Assembly: GCA_964389315.1 (NCBI GenBank)
Contig: CAYMDJ010000001.1
Location: forward strand, 543-64,542
Length of the DNA: 64,000 bases
Direction of reading: 5' to 3'
From: an uncultured archaeon
Lineage (GTDB): Archaea; Aenigmatarchaeota; Aenigmatarchaeia; QMZP01
In this document: positions 36,189 to 45,729 of the stretch, one piece after another
Position numbering within the stretch: position 1 is the stretch's first letter
Layout of the letters: each line of letters starts with the position of its first letter
Notes under the pieces: model-generated
Database searches by the model: none
The model's input: the letters and a program-made list of their open reading frames with translations, nothing else
What the model was told of the DNA's origin: nothing
Translations under genes and position numbers: made by a program

Positions 36189-37571
36189 TCACCTCCCGAA
36201 TTCATAAAGCGCAGCAAGCGCCTTTGCCGCCTTCTCTGGGTAGGAGAAGGTCGGCGTCCCGAAATCCTCAATGCTCTTCTTGAGGACCTCTGTGAACCTT
36301 CCGCCAGCGGCCACCACCACCAACGGCTTGCTGCAGGTGTCAGCGATTGCGGAAACCACGTCCGTTATCTCCGCAGTCAGGGTCGGTATCTGGAAGAGGG
36401 TTATGACCATCATCATGTCAACGTTGCTGTCCGCAGCGGCTGCCTCCATGGCTATCCTGTATCTCTCGACCGTTGCGTCTCCTGTCAGGTCGAGCGGGTT
36501 CTTTATCACTACATGGGGCGGGTATCTCTTTTTCAGGTTCCTGGTTGTTGCCCTGTCCATCTGAGCGAGCCGGAGGCCGTTGCCTATTATCCAGTCTGTT
36601 GCAAGGACGCCGAAGCCCCCGCCGTCTGTTATCACCTGGACGCGGTTGCCTTTTGGCCTTGGCTGGGTAGAGAAAAGCCGCGCGAAGTCAAAGAGCTCCT
36701 CGAGGTTGTCTGCTGTTATTATGCCGGACTGCTTCATTGCCGCGCTGAATATCTCATACTCACCTGCAAGGGAGCCTGTGTGGGAGGAGACGGCGGAGGA
36801 GCCTTCTGAGGTTATCCCCCCCTTAAGGACTATTATGGGCTTCTTCTTTGAGACCCTGGTCGCGATGTCATAGAATTTCCTTCCCTGCTTGACGCCCTCG
36901 AAGTATGCGCATATGACGCTCGTCCTGGGGTCGTTGGCCAGGTATTCTATGAGGTCTGCCTCGTCAACGTCTATCGCGTTGCCGTAGGAAACGAACTTTG
37001 ATATCTTGTAGTTCTTCATTGCCATCCAGTCCAGAATTACCGAGCCGAGCGCACCTGACTGGGATATGAATGCTATAGAGCCTTCGCCAGGGCGCTCCAG
37101 CTTGTAGCGGGGGAGGAAGAACGTGTCAACCTCTGAATATGGGTCGAAGATTCCTATGCAGTTCGGTCCTATGGCACGCATGCCGTATTTCCTGATGATT
37201 TTCCTGCAGTCCTCCTCCAGCTCAATGTTCCCTATCTCACCGAAGCCCCCGGATATTATTATGACAGCACGGACGCCCTTCCTTCCGCACTCATCCAGGG
37301 TCTTTGGAACGACCGGTGCTGGGATGCAGACAACGGCAAGGTCTATCCCTCCGGGAACCTTGGTTACAGAGGGGTATGCTTTCAGGCCGAACATATCATC
37401 GGCATTGGGGTTTATTGGATAGATTTTGCCTGCGAACCTTCCCTCTATGAAGTTCCTGAGAATGACGTGACCTACCTTCTTGGGATTCCTTGAGGCTCCT
37501 ATGACTGCGACTGACCTGGGCTGGAAAAAATAGTCAAGTTTCTTCATGTTATTTATTATGGAAAGGCGCAA
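36189..37571 (-). CDS. Acyl-CoA synthetase (ADP-forming) alpha subunit / CoA-binding domain protein.
   Basis: PRSVAVIGASRNPKKVGH ... KIYPINP ... and a succinyl-CoA-synthetase-like flavodoxin domain. Confidence 0.7.
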   Translation of the reverse strand: MRLSIINNMKKLDYFFQPRSVAVIGASRNPKKVGHVILRNFIEGRFAGKIYPINPNADDMFGLKAYPSVTKVPGGIDLAVVCIPAPVVPKTLDECGRKGVRAVIIISGGFGEIGNIELEEDCRKIIRKYGMRAIGPNCIGIFDPYSEVDTFFLPRYKLERPGEGSIAFISQSGALGSVILDWMAMKNYKISKFVSYGNAIDVDEADLIEYLANDPRTSVICAYFEGVKQGRKFYDIATRVSKKKPIIVLKGGITSEGSSAVSSHTGSLAGEYEIFSAAMKQSGIITADNLEELFDFARLFSTQPRPKGNRVQVITDGGGFGVLATDWIIGNGLRLAQMDRATTRNLKKRYPPHVVIKNPLDLTGDATVERYRIAMEAAAADSNVDMMMVITLFQIPTLTAEITDVVSAIADTCSKPLVVVAAGGRFTEVLKKSIEDFGTPTFSYPEKAAKALAALYEFGR

Positions 37572-37579
37572 TATAAAAT

Positions 37580-38749
37580 ATGCTGAGGAACATCATTTCT
37601 GAAAGGGAGCAGGATCTCCCCGAATCCACGATAGGGCAGATGTTGAAGCTTTGCGCAGAATCAAAGGATGTGATTTCACTCGGGCCTGGTGAGCCCGACT
37701 TCTCGTCGCCTCCTAATGTGATAAGGGCAGCGAAGAAGGCGCTTGATAGGAAGATGACTCATTATTCGCCGATATCCGGGAGGACGGATTTCAAGGAAGC
37801 GGTTGTTAAGAAGCTTAAGAGGGATAATGGGATAGTTGCTTCTCCTGAGAACATAATCGTTACGTGCGGCTCCACAGAGGCAATCCTCCTTGCGCTCATC
37901 GCGACGGTTGACCCCGGGGAGGGGGTGATGGTCCCTGATCCAGGGTTTCTCTCATACCTTCCGACCGTGGAGGTCCTCAACGGCATGCCGATAACAATCC
38001 CCCTTACAGAGGAGGAGGGATTCCAGCTCAACGTTGACGTGATGAGGAAGAGGGTGATAAAGAAAAAGACCAGGGCAATCATAATAAACACCCCATCGAA
38101 CCCCACGGGGACCGTATTCACAAAGAGTGTCCTGGAGGAGGTTGCTGATTTCGCTGTCGAGAACGGCCTTCTCATAATCTCTGATGAGGCGTATGAGAAG
38201 CTGGTTTACGGTGACGCAAGACACGTTTCCATCGGCTCTCTCAACGGCATGGACAAGCATGTGATGACCCTGCAGAGCTTCTCGAAGACATATGCGATGC
38301 CCGGCTTCCGGCTGGGTTATGCGTGCGGCCCCAAGGACATAATCGGGGCGATGACGAAACTGCATATATTCTCGTCGCTCTGCGCGCCAACCATCTCTCA
38401 GGTCGCCGGGATAGAAGCTCTCAATGGGCGCCAGTCTGCGGTTGAGAGGATGAGAAGGGAGTATGACAGGAGGAGAATGATGATAGTGAAGAGGTGCAAC
38501 GAGATTCCTGGAATGGAATGTGTGGAGCCAAAGGGTGCTTTTTATGCCTTCCCTAACATCAAATCTTATGGGATGTGCTCTTACGACCTGTCCATGAAGC
38601 TGCTCAGGGAGGCGAAGGTGGCGACCATACCTGGAACAGAATTCGGCTCCTGTGGGGAGGGGTACATAAGGCTCTCATATGCAACCGCTTACGGGAAGAT
38701 AGAGAAAGCAATGGATAGGATTGAGAGGGTGGTTAGGAAGAGCAAGTGA
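37580..38749 (+). CDS. Class I/II pyridoxal-phosphate aminotransferase (aspartate/aromatic aminotransferase-like).
   Basis: LGPGEPDF, NPTG, FSKTYAMPGFRLGY (Lys-PLP context). Confidence 0.75.
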   Translation: MLRNIISEREQDLPESTIGQMLKLCAESKDVISLGPGEPDFSSPPNVIRAAKKALDRKMTHYSPISGRTDFKEAVVKKLKRDNGIVASPENIIVTCGSTEAILLALIATVDPGEGVMVPDPGFLSYLPTVEVLNGMPITIPLTEEEGFQLNVDVMRKRVIKKKTRAIIINTPSNPTGTVFTKSVLEEVADFAVENGLLIISDEAYEKLVYGDARHVSIGSLNGMDKHVMTLQSFSKTYAMPGFRLGYACGPKDIIGAMTKLHIFSSLCAPTISQVAGIEALNGRQSAVERMRREYDRRRMMIVKRCNEIPGMECVEPKGAFYAFPNIKSYGMCSYDLSMKLLREAKVATIPGTEFGSCGEGYIRLSYATAYGKIEKAMDRIERVVRKSK

Positions 38750-38810
38750 TGCCTTTGCGGGCGCGGTGTTTTCAGCATCATGTTATATGCCTTTTATATA
38801 ATTCTTATAC

Positions 38811-39827
38811 ATGATGGTCCTGAATGTGTTGAGGGTTTTTTGGGGAGGCTTAAAATATTACGCTTTTGGTTTGAGAACTCCCCTGAATGTTGGTTTGAGA
38901 ATAACCAACCAATGCAATTCTAAATGCAAGTATTGCTTTGTCCGTGACAGGCCACAGAGGGAGATGACAACAGAAGAGATAAAGAAGGTCATTGATGGCA
39001 TGCACTCCATGGGAACCCAGAGGGTTGGGATTCAGGGTGGTGAGGTGTTTCTCAGGGATGATGCTGAAGAAATAGTCAGGTACATAAAGTCCTGTGGAAT
39101 GCACCTGTCCCTGGTGACCAATGGTCTTCTCGTTCCTGATAACATGAAAGTGGTGAGGATGGTTGACTGCCTTGTTGTAAGTTTTGATGGGCGCGAAAAG
39201 GGCCATGAGAATAACAGGATTGTGGGTGGACATAAAGCGGCGCTGAATGCCATCAGGGCTGCCCGGTCAAATGGTGTTCTGGTGCTCACTATAACAGTTA
39301 TTACCAAAAACAATATAAATGATATTGATTACATACTAGAAACCGCAAAAGAGCGCGGGTTTGCGTGCATGTTCAATCTCTTGCATGGAGCAGACGTTTT
39401 TCCTGAAATGGGCGGGATGCTTCCAACAAAAGGCCAATATAGAAGGGCTATTCTGAATATCATGAAAAAGAAGCGTGAGGGTTATCCTGTCGTGCTGTCA
39501 TACAAGTCCCTTCGCCACATGCTGAACTGGGAGGATTACAGGAGGACGTGTAAGTTTGGCGGCCCCGGTGAAGGGAGATGCCTTGCCGGAAAGCTGTTTT
39601 GCAACATAGATACGGACGGGACGCTCTCTGCCTGCGATATCTCAAAACACTTTTCAGAAAAGATAGACATCACGAAACATGGATTCAGAAGCGCGTGGTT
39701 GAGGCTTGGAAAACAAAAACTACCATGTTCTTCCTGTGCTTGCTCGGCGCTGACAGATTATAATAACATGCTCCTGCCCGATGTTGGGACCGTCGGTAGC
39801 TGGCTGCGTTTTTTGTTCCGTCTGTAG
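38811..39827 (+). CDS. Radical SAM/SPASM enzyme.
   Basis: CNSKCKYCFV cluster, QGGEVFL motif, C-terminal CSSCACSALTD plus CNIDTDGTLSACD. A TATA-like TTTTATATAA lies upstream. Confidence 0.75.
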   Translation: MMVLNVLRVFWGGLKYYAFGLRTPLNVGLRITNQCNSKCKYCFVRDRPQREMTTEEIKKVIDGMHSMGTQRVGIQGGEVFLRDDAEEIVRYIKSCGMHLSLVTNGLLVPDNMKVVRMVDCLVVSFDGREKGHENNRIVGGHKAALNAIRAARSNGVLVLTITVITKNNINDIDYILETAKERGFACMFNLLHGADVFPEMGGMLPTKGQYRRAILNIMKKKREGYPVVLSYKSLRHMLNWEDYRRTCKFGGPGEGRCLAGKLFCNIDTDGTLSACDISKHFSEKIDITKHGFRSAWLRLGKQKLPCSSCACSALTDYNNMLLPDVGTVGSWLRFLFRL

Positions 39828-39835
39828 GCCCGGGG

Positions 39836-40186
39836 GTGCCCCGGCGTATTTTGGGACACGGTTGTAATAAATTTGACCTCATCAAAGTATATATCATGGT
39901 GAGGTTCTACAGGAACACCGTGGTCAATGTTGTGAGGATATTCCGTTTTCTGAAGCAGGCGCATGAAGAGGACAGGGGACACCTGACCGTGAGCGAGATT
40001 GCAAGGGAGCTGGGAATGCACAAGTGGACGGTCTCGCGGACGCTTGACATATGGATGGAGCCCATAGTTGACATGGTCATACCAGAAGAGCTGGAGGACG
40101 TTGGCCTGAAGATAAAGCTGGTTTCCCTCAAGAACCCCGACATCAAAGAGGAGCAGGTCGTGAAGATGCTTTCGGTCAGGAGCTAG
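39836..40186 (+). CDS. Small winged-helix DNA-binding protein (putative transcription regulator). The start is possibly the internal Met at about 39896.
   Basis: HTH-like LTVSEIARELGMHKWTVSRTLD. Confidence 0.45.
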   Translation: MPRRILGHGCNKFDLIKVYIMVRFYRNTVVNVVRIFRFLKQAHEEDRGHLTVSEIARELGMHKWTVSRTLDIWMEPIVDMVIPEELEDVGLKIKLVSLKNPDIKEEQVVKMLSVRS

Positions 40187-40545
40187 ATGAAGACCCTGAG
40201 GAATGCTTCCAGTCCTATCCAGTTCTCGTCATCAAATCTCCTGGCCTCGGCGTCCTTGATGGGAAGGAACCTCCACTGGTTCTTATTATACCAAGCAAGA
40301 AAGCCCATTGCCTGGGCGGTTTTGCACCATGATATGAAAGGGTCTAGTTTTTTCATGCTCAGGACCGGCTTCTTTGACCAGGACTTTATCTCAAAGCAGA
40401 GTATCCTTCCACCCTTTATTGCCACGAGGTCAGCCGGTGTGTGCAGCCCCCCAGAAGAGGCGGCTCTGATGCAGGAATAGCCCCTGGTTGAGAGGAAGCT
40501 GAGCAGTTGCCTCTCTGCGCGGTAGCCCTTCGCGTATATCTTCAT
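40183..40545 (-). CDS. hjc: Holliday junction resolvase Hjc.
   Basis: KGYRAERQLLSFL ... GYSCIRAASSG ... DLVAIK ... LCFEIK catalytic motif layout. Confidence 0.75.
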   Translation of the reverse strand: MKIYAKGYRAERQLLSFLSTRGYSCIRAASSGGLHTPADLVAIKGGRILCFEIKSWSKKPVLSMKKLDPFISWCKTAQAMGFLAWYNKNQWRFLPIKDAEARRFDDENWIGLEAFLRVFI

Positions 40546-40632
40546 GTTTATAATATACCCTTGTTGTTTTTAGGGTTTTGGTGGAGCAGAAAGATATTTA
40601 AACGGTGGTTATAAGATAATTCCAGTGGTTTC

Positions 40633-41322
40633 ATGAGGATACTTGTGATAGCGGATATGCATGGCTATATTGATGAGGTGTCTGAGTTCTTCAGGAAGAT
40701 TGACGCCTCTGGGTTTGACCTGATAATCTCCCCCGGGGACTTCACGGACATGTTCAACCAGCCACCAGGCTTCTCACAGACGCATATAGCGGACCTGATG
40801 ATGCAGAAGCTCATCGCATACAACACGCCGCTCGTCTGCCTTCCTGGGAACCATGACCCCTATGAGATAATCGATTTGTTCAGGGAGTATGGAGTGAACA
40901 TCCACGGCAAGCATAGGGAAATTAAGGGAGAATCCTTCGTTGGCTGGGGTGGGGCGCTGACCCATTTCGGGACGGCGTTCGAACCGAGCGAGGAGGAGAC
41001 AAAGGCCTCCCTGGATGCGCTCTCGGAAAGGGTCAAGAAGGGGGACTTCACTCTCATTCTACACAACCCACCCCATGGAACGGACGCAGACCTGACGATT
41101 TCCGGTGAGCATGTCGGCTCGAAGGCGATAAGGGAGTTCGTGGACAGGATGCATCCAAAGCTGGTAATATCCGCACACATACATGAGGCGAGGGGGGTGT
41201 CAAAGCTGGGCGATATCACCATATTCAATCCCGGACCATTCTATGCGGGATGTTATGGTGTAATAGAGATTGATGGAAAAAACGTTAAGTGTGAATGTAA
41301 AAAGGTAGAGCTTGACGTCTAG
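40633..41322 (+). CDS. Calcineurin-like metallophosphoesterase.
   Basis: ILVIADMHGY, SPGDFTD, LPGNHD, ISAHIHE. Confidence 0.7.
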   Translation: MRILVIADMHGYIDEVSEFFRKIDASGFDLIISPGDFTDMFNQPPGFSQTHIADLMMQKLIAYNTPLVCLPGNHDPYEIIDLFREYGVNIHGKHREIKGESFVGWGGALTHFGTAFEPSEEETKASLDALSERVKKGDFTLILHNPPHGTDADLTISGEHVGSKAIREFVDRMHPKLVISAHIHEARGVSKLGDITIFNPGPFYAGCYGVIEIDGKNVKCECKKVELDV

Positions 41323-42056
41323 TCCCTCGGCTGGGCTGTGTTTTTCAGGTTGGTTATTATATTGTCAACAGAATCCATCCTGCAGATTGCCAGGGGTATA
41401 TTCTCAACCTCAGCTATCCTCTTCGCGACCTCGTTGATCGTGTGAAGGCCGTGGACTATCACCAGGCCGGGGTGCAGGTTTGTCAGCTTTATCGCGACCA
41501 TTGGCGTCTTCCCTGTCGAGGTCTTTGTGAATATCAGTGCGCGCTGTGTCGTTATCCCATACATCTTCACGAGCTCTGTGAACGGGAGTTCTGTTATCGC
41601 CTTGAGGGAATCTATAATGGTGTAGCCGTATATCTCCTTATCTATCCCTCCCCTGACTATCAGGGTGCTGTTCGTGAGCCTGCAAAACTCCTCTATTGGC
41701 ATGGGCGACGAGAATTCCTTTATATCTATTATCGCGCTCGAGACCGTGAGTGGGGAGGATTCCTTGGAAAAGCTTCTCAGAACATTGCCGCCCCTGCTCT
41801 CATCTATCTTAAGCAGGGCGCCTACGTATTTATTGACCATCTTTATTCCGGGCGACCTCCTCCTGCCCGACTCGTAATCAGAGATGACAGAGGGTGTGAT
41901 GCCAAGCTCGTTTGCAAGGGTCTTTTGTGATATCTTGAATATGTTCCTCCATTTCTTTATGGCCCTGTCCGAATTATCTGTGAGGACTATCTCACCAACG
42001 ATGTCCTTGGCGAGTTTCTGTTTGGCAAGGAAAAACTCGTCAGTTATATTATCCAT
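41319..42056 (-). CDS. XRE-family HTH transcriptional regulator with a C-terminal domain of unknown function.
   Basis: ISQKTLANELGITPSVISDYESGRR helix-turn-helix. Confidence 0.6.
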   Translation of the reverse strand: MDNITDEFFLAKQKLAKDIVGEIVLTDNSDRAIKKWRNIFKISQKTLANELGITPSVISDYESGRRRSPGIKMVNKYVGALLKIDESRGGNVLRSFSKESSPLTVSSAIIDIKEFSSPMPIEEFCRLTNSTLIVRGGIDKEIYGYTIIDSLKAITELPFTELVKMYGITTQRALIFTKTSTGKTPMVAIKLTNLHPGLVIVHGLHTINEVAKRIAEVENIPLAICRMDSVDNIITNLKNTAQPRD

Positions 42057-42059
42057 ATC

Positions 42060-42311
42060 CGTTTATTGTTAGAGTGGTATTTAAGTGTTGTTTTGGTGTT
42101 CGACCCCCGTTTCATATGGAGGTTTGAAAACCTCACCACAACCCTACCATTTCCTGTGGAGATTGTCTTTTTTGTGAATCAACAACAAGAAAGATGTATA
42201 ACATTGTTATATTATAATAAATAAATTTTTATGACAAACAAACCTTTTATAAACAACATTCCAATAGAAACAATGGGGTTGGGGTCTATAATTTAGGTTT
42301 GGTGTGTTTCA
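42060..42311. other. Candidate replication origin (oriC). It is an AT-rich unwinding region with an ORB-like element TTTCCTGTGGAG (42150-42161), immediately upstream of orc1/cdc6.
   Basis: A 250-bp non-coding gap with an ATAACATTGTTATATTATAATAAATAAATTTTTATGACAAAC stretch. The ORB-like core is the reverse complement of CTCCACAGGAAA. Position next to orc1 is canonical for archaea. Confidence 0.4.
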
Positions 42312-43514
42312 ATGCAGGGCTCGCTTAAGGATATATTTGATAGTTATGTTAAGGGGGGGCGTGTCTTTAAAAACAAGGAAACGCTCTCCATAAGGTTTGC
42401 GCCAGACAACATACCACACAGGGACAGGCAGTTGAAGCAGATTGGTTTAATAATCGCGCCCGTACTGAGGAACGAGAAGCCATCCAACATATTCGTATAC
42501 GGGAAGACGGGGACGGGAAAGACGCTCGTTGTCTCCAATGTTATAAACACACTACTCAAATCAGCGGACGGGTCTGATTCACGGCTTAGGATAATATATG
42601 TAAACTGTAAGATGAAGAAGACGACAGACACGGAATACAGGCTGCTGGCTCACCTACTATCTTACTTCGGTGAGACGGTCCCATACACAGGCCTTCCTAC
42701 AAATGAGCTCTACTCAAAATTCTATAAATACCTAGATTCAAGGAACCAGAACGTAATAATAGTCCTGGATGAGGTGGATTCCCTTATAAGGAAGATAGGT
42801 GATGACATACTCTACAACCTGACCAGGGTAAACCAGGAGCTTGACAACTCCCAGCTTACGATAATAGGCATATCAAACAACATATCCTTTATAGAGACTC
42901 TCGACCCCAGGGTGAGGTCCTCCCTGTCCGAGGAGGAGATTATATTCCCTCCGTACAATGCTTCCGAGCTGAGGGACATACTGACAGAGAGGACGGGCCA
43001 GGCGTTCAGCCCCGGAGCCGTCCCTACGGGAGTTGTCGCGAAATGCGCAGCGCTTGCCGCGCAGGAGCATGGGGATGCGAGGAAAGCGCTGGACCTACTG
43101 AGGGTTGCCGGTGAGATAGCAGAGAGGAACGGCAGCCCCGTGGTTGAGGAGAAACATGTTGACATGGCAGAAAAGAAGCTGGACACGGACAAGATAATGG
43201 AGACCATACATTCCCAACCAAAACAGTCGCAGGCTGTCCTGAAGGCGATTCTCTCCCTTTACGGGGACGGTGAGAAGAACATACAGACCGGGGACGTTTA
43301 TGATTCGTATTCAAGGATATGCCGCTCCAACGGAATCACCCCGCTTACGCAGAGGAGGGTATCGGATCTCATATCAGAGCTTGACATGTTCGGCGTAATC
43401 AACGCGAGGGTTACCTCAAAGGGGAGATACGGCAGGACTCGCGTGATAAATATAAACCACCCGGAAACGCTCATAAGAAAGATGGGGGACTTCCTGGTGG
43501 GGGAGTTTGGCTAG
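42312..43514 (+). CDS. orc1: Orc1/Cdc6 replication initiator (AAA+ ATPase with a C-terminal winged helix).
   Basis: Walker A VYGKTGTGKT, Walker B IIVLDEVD, ORC1-type organisation, 400 aa. Confidence 0.85.
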   Translation: MQGSLKDIFDSYVKGGRVFKNKETLSIRFAPDNIPHRDRQLKQIGLIIAPVLRNEKPSNIFVYGKTGTGKTLVVSNVINTLLKSADGSDSRLRIIYVNCKMKKTTDTEYRLLAHLLSYFGETVPYTGLPTNELYSKFYKYLDSRNQNVIIVLDEVDSLIRKIGDDILYNLTRVNQELDNSQLTIIGISNNISFIETLDPRVRSSLSEEEIIFPPYNASELRDILTERTGQAFSPGAVPTGVVAKCAALAAQEHGDARKALDLLRVAGEIAERNGSPVVEEKHVDMAEKKLDTDKIMETIHSQPKQSQAVLKAILSLYGDGEKNIQTGDVYDSYSRICRSNGITPLTQRRVSDLISELDMFGVINARVTSKGRYGRTRVININHPETLIRKMGDFLVGEFG

Positions 43515-44402
43515 ATGGACAGGAAGGGGGCTGTGAGGGAACTGATATCCCGGGGAGAAATACCCACACCAGAGCTTATAGACAGGATGGTTTCCGGGAG
43601 GGGGGGTGGTAAACCCGAAGAGAGGGGGGCTGAAAATAAACGGGGCGAAGAAAGGATTGGGGTGAAGGTTCTTTCGCCCGAGAAAAAGGAAAGGCTCTCG
43701 GCCCAGGATTTCACGGCGTATTACAATAACAAGTATGAGGGGTTGAGGGAGATTCTCTCCTCAAAAATCAGCGCGATATCCATAAACAAGGCCACGGAGA
43801 CCTTCGGTGAGGTTGGTGTTATCGGAATGGTTAGGGAGAAGACACCCACCGGTTATATTATAGAGGATACCACGGGCTCGATAGAGCTTGTCCAGAAAGG
43901 CAGCAACATGGTGACGGGTGATGTCATAGGGGTTTCCGGCCAGGTAAAGGAAAACCGGCTATTTGGAAATGGCGTCGTGCTTCCAGACGTCTCACTAACC
44001 CAAAAATATGGCACCGTAAAGGGGGTCAGGATAACACTCTCCAGGAAGCCGCCCAAAAAGAGGGAAGAGGGAACGCTCCATTTCCATGCGGAGGGAAACG
44101 GGGGGCTCCCAAACGGCAGCCGGATAGAGATATCTGGTGGAGGGAAGGTCAGGATACTCTTTTATTCCCCCTTGGGGAAGGCAGGGCCCCAGGAATGCAC
44201 AGAGTGCTTGAAGAAGAGGCACCTCACCATCTCAAATAAGGAGATAATTTCACCCAAGGACGATTTCATAATAAGAGAGGTCCCTGACATGCTGTGGTCG
44301 AATTCGGACAACCGTTTTGTGGAGAGTTATAAGGGGGTCCTCATAATATCGCCGGGCAGCGAGACCGTCAGCGTTGACCTGGGAACCAGGAGAGTCTATT
44401 AA
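43515..44402 (+). CDS. Hypothetical protein with an OB-fold-like segment, co-located with the replication genes.
   Basis: ORF track. Lys/Glu-rich N-terminus, then EVGVIGMVREKTPTGYIIEDTTGSIELV (OB-like). No catalytic motifs were recognised. Confidence 0.35.
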   Translation: MDRKGAVRELISRGEIPTPELIDRMVSGRGGGKPEERGAENKRGEERIGVKVLSPEKKERLSAQDFTAYYNNKYEGLREILSSKISAISINKATETFGEVGVIGMVREKTPTGYIIEDTTGSIELVQKGSNMVTGDVIGVSGQVKENRLFGNGVVLPDVSLTQKYGTVKGVRITLSRKPPKKREEGTLHFHAEGNGGLPNGSRIEISGGGKVRILFYSPLGKAGPQECTECLKKRHLTISNKEIISPKDDFIIREVPDMLWSNSDNRFVESYKGVLIISPGSETVSVDLGTRRVY

Positions 44403-44425
44403 TACAAGAAAACAAACATAAAAGG

Positions 44426-45640
44426 ATGTTTGTCTACATCCTGGCTGCCCTTCTTTTGGGGATTGCCATAGGCACCCTGACTGGTTTGATTCCGGGCGTC
44501 CATCCAAACACGGTGTTCGTGTTTCTTCTCAGCGTTGTCGTGTTCCTCCCACTGAGCCCCGAAATACTTCTGGTTTTCATAATCTCTGTGGCGGTCTCGA
44601 ACACGTTCACGGATTTCCTTCCCTCCCTGATATTCGGCGTGCCAGACCCGGCCACTGCACTTTCTGTCCTGCCCGGGCACAAAATGGTTCTGGAGGGGAA
44701 CGCACACGAAGCGCTGTTCCTGACGGTCGTTGGTGGCCTGGGCTCAATATTCCTGATAATCCTCACCCTGCCGCTGCTGTTCCTGGTCCTCCCTGCTCTC
44801 TATGGGACGATAAGCCCGTTCATGCACATAATCCTGTCGGGGATTGTTGCCTGGATGGTGTTCGGTGAGAGTAACAGGAAGGCCGCCCTGCTGGTCATTG
44901 CGCTGTCCGGGGCGCTGGGGTTCGTGTCACTTAATGCGTTCTCTGATGCTGCCCTGTTCCCTGCATTCACGGGGCTGTTTGCGCTGAGCACGCTCTTTGC
45001 TAGCGTGAGGAGAGAGGGAGAAATCCCCCCGCAGAAGAAACCCACTGATGTTAAGGGGCCATTCAGGAGAGGGATAATCACGGGCTGGCTTGCCGGCTGG
45101 TTCTCTGGAATGCTTCCTGGCATAGGAGCGGCCCAGGCAGGGGTCCTTGCTGCTCAGGTACTGAAGGCGAAGACCAGGGACTTCCTGACTGCGCTCGGTG
45201 GTATAAACACGTCCAATATCGTGTTTACGTTGATAATGCTCTACCTGATTGGCAGGACAAGGTCCGGTGCAGCAGTGGCGGTCTCACAAACAATCGGATT
45301 AATGGGACCAGGCCACTTGGTGCTGGCGATAATCACAGTCCTTGTGGTAGGGTGCGTTTCCGCGCCCCTTACACTCTTCCTGGGAAAGAGGTTCATATCG
45401 CTGGTGGAGAGGATTGATTACGTGAAGATGAACAAAACCATCATAATAGGACTGATAGTGATGGTGGTTGCCTTCTCCGGCCTGGTTGGGATAATCATAA
45501 CATTCGCGGCGGCGTGTATAGGGATAATAACGATAAATTCCGGAGTAAGGAGGTCGCATCTAATGGGTTTCCTGTTGGTGCCAACGATTCTATACTTCTC
45601 TTCGGTTGGGGTTTATATGAAGGTTTTTGCGGGGATGTGA
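44426..45640 (+). CDS. Polytopic membrane protein, possibly TctA/DUF112-family transporter subunit.
   Basis: About 11 TM helices, Gly/Pro-rich loops (GLIPGVHP, GMLPGIGAAQAG). Confidence 0.45.
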   Translation: MFVYILAALLLGIAIGTLTGLIPGVHPNTVFVFLLSVVVFLPLSPEILLVFIISVAVSNTFTDFLPSLIFGVPDPATALSVLPGHKMVLEGNAHEALFLTVVGGLGSIFLIILTLPLLFLVLPALYGTISPFMHIILSGIVAWMVFGESNRKAALLVIALSGALGFVSLNAFSDAALFPAFTGLFALSTLFASVRREGEIPPQKKPTDVKGPFRRGIITGWLAGWFSGMLPGIGAAQAGVLAAQVLKAKTRDFLTALGGINTSNIVFTLIMLYLIGRTRSGAAVAVSQTIGLMGPGHLVLAIITVLVVGCVSAPLTLFLGKRFISLVERIDYVKMNKTIIIGLIVMVVAFSGLVGIIITFAAACIGIITINSGVRRSHLMGFLLVPTILYFSSVGVYMKVFAGM

Positions 45641-45647
45641 AGGTTGC

Positions 45648-45693
45648 CATGTCCCATTGGGGGTAGACGTTAACTTCATGTGGAGTTCATATA
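45648..45693. repeat. 46-bp perfect direct repeat, copy 1 (CATGTCCCATTGGGGGTAGACGTTAACTTCATGTGGAGTTCATAT).
   Basis: An identical string recurs at 46389-46434. The two copies bracket the LAGLIDADG gene. Confidence 0.8.
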
Positions 45694-45729
45694 AAAACGA
45701 CCCAAACTTCACGTGTTTATACTAAATAT

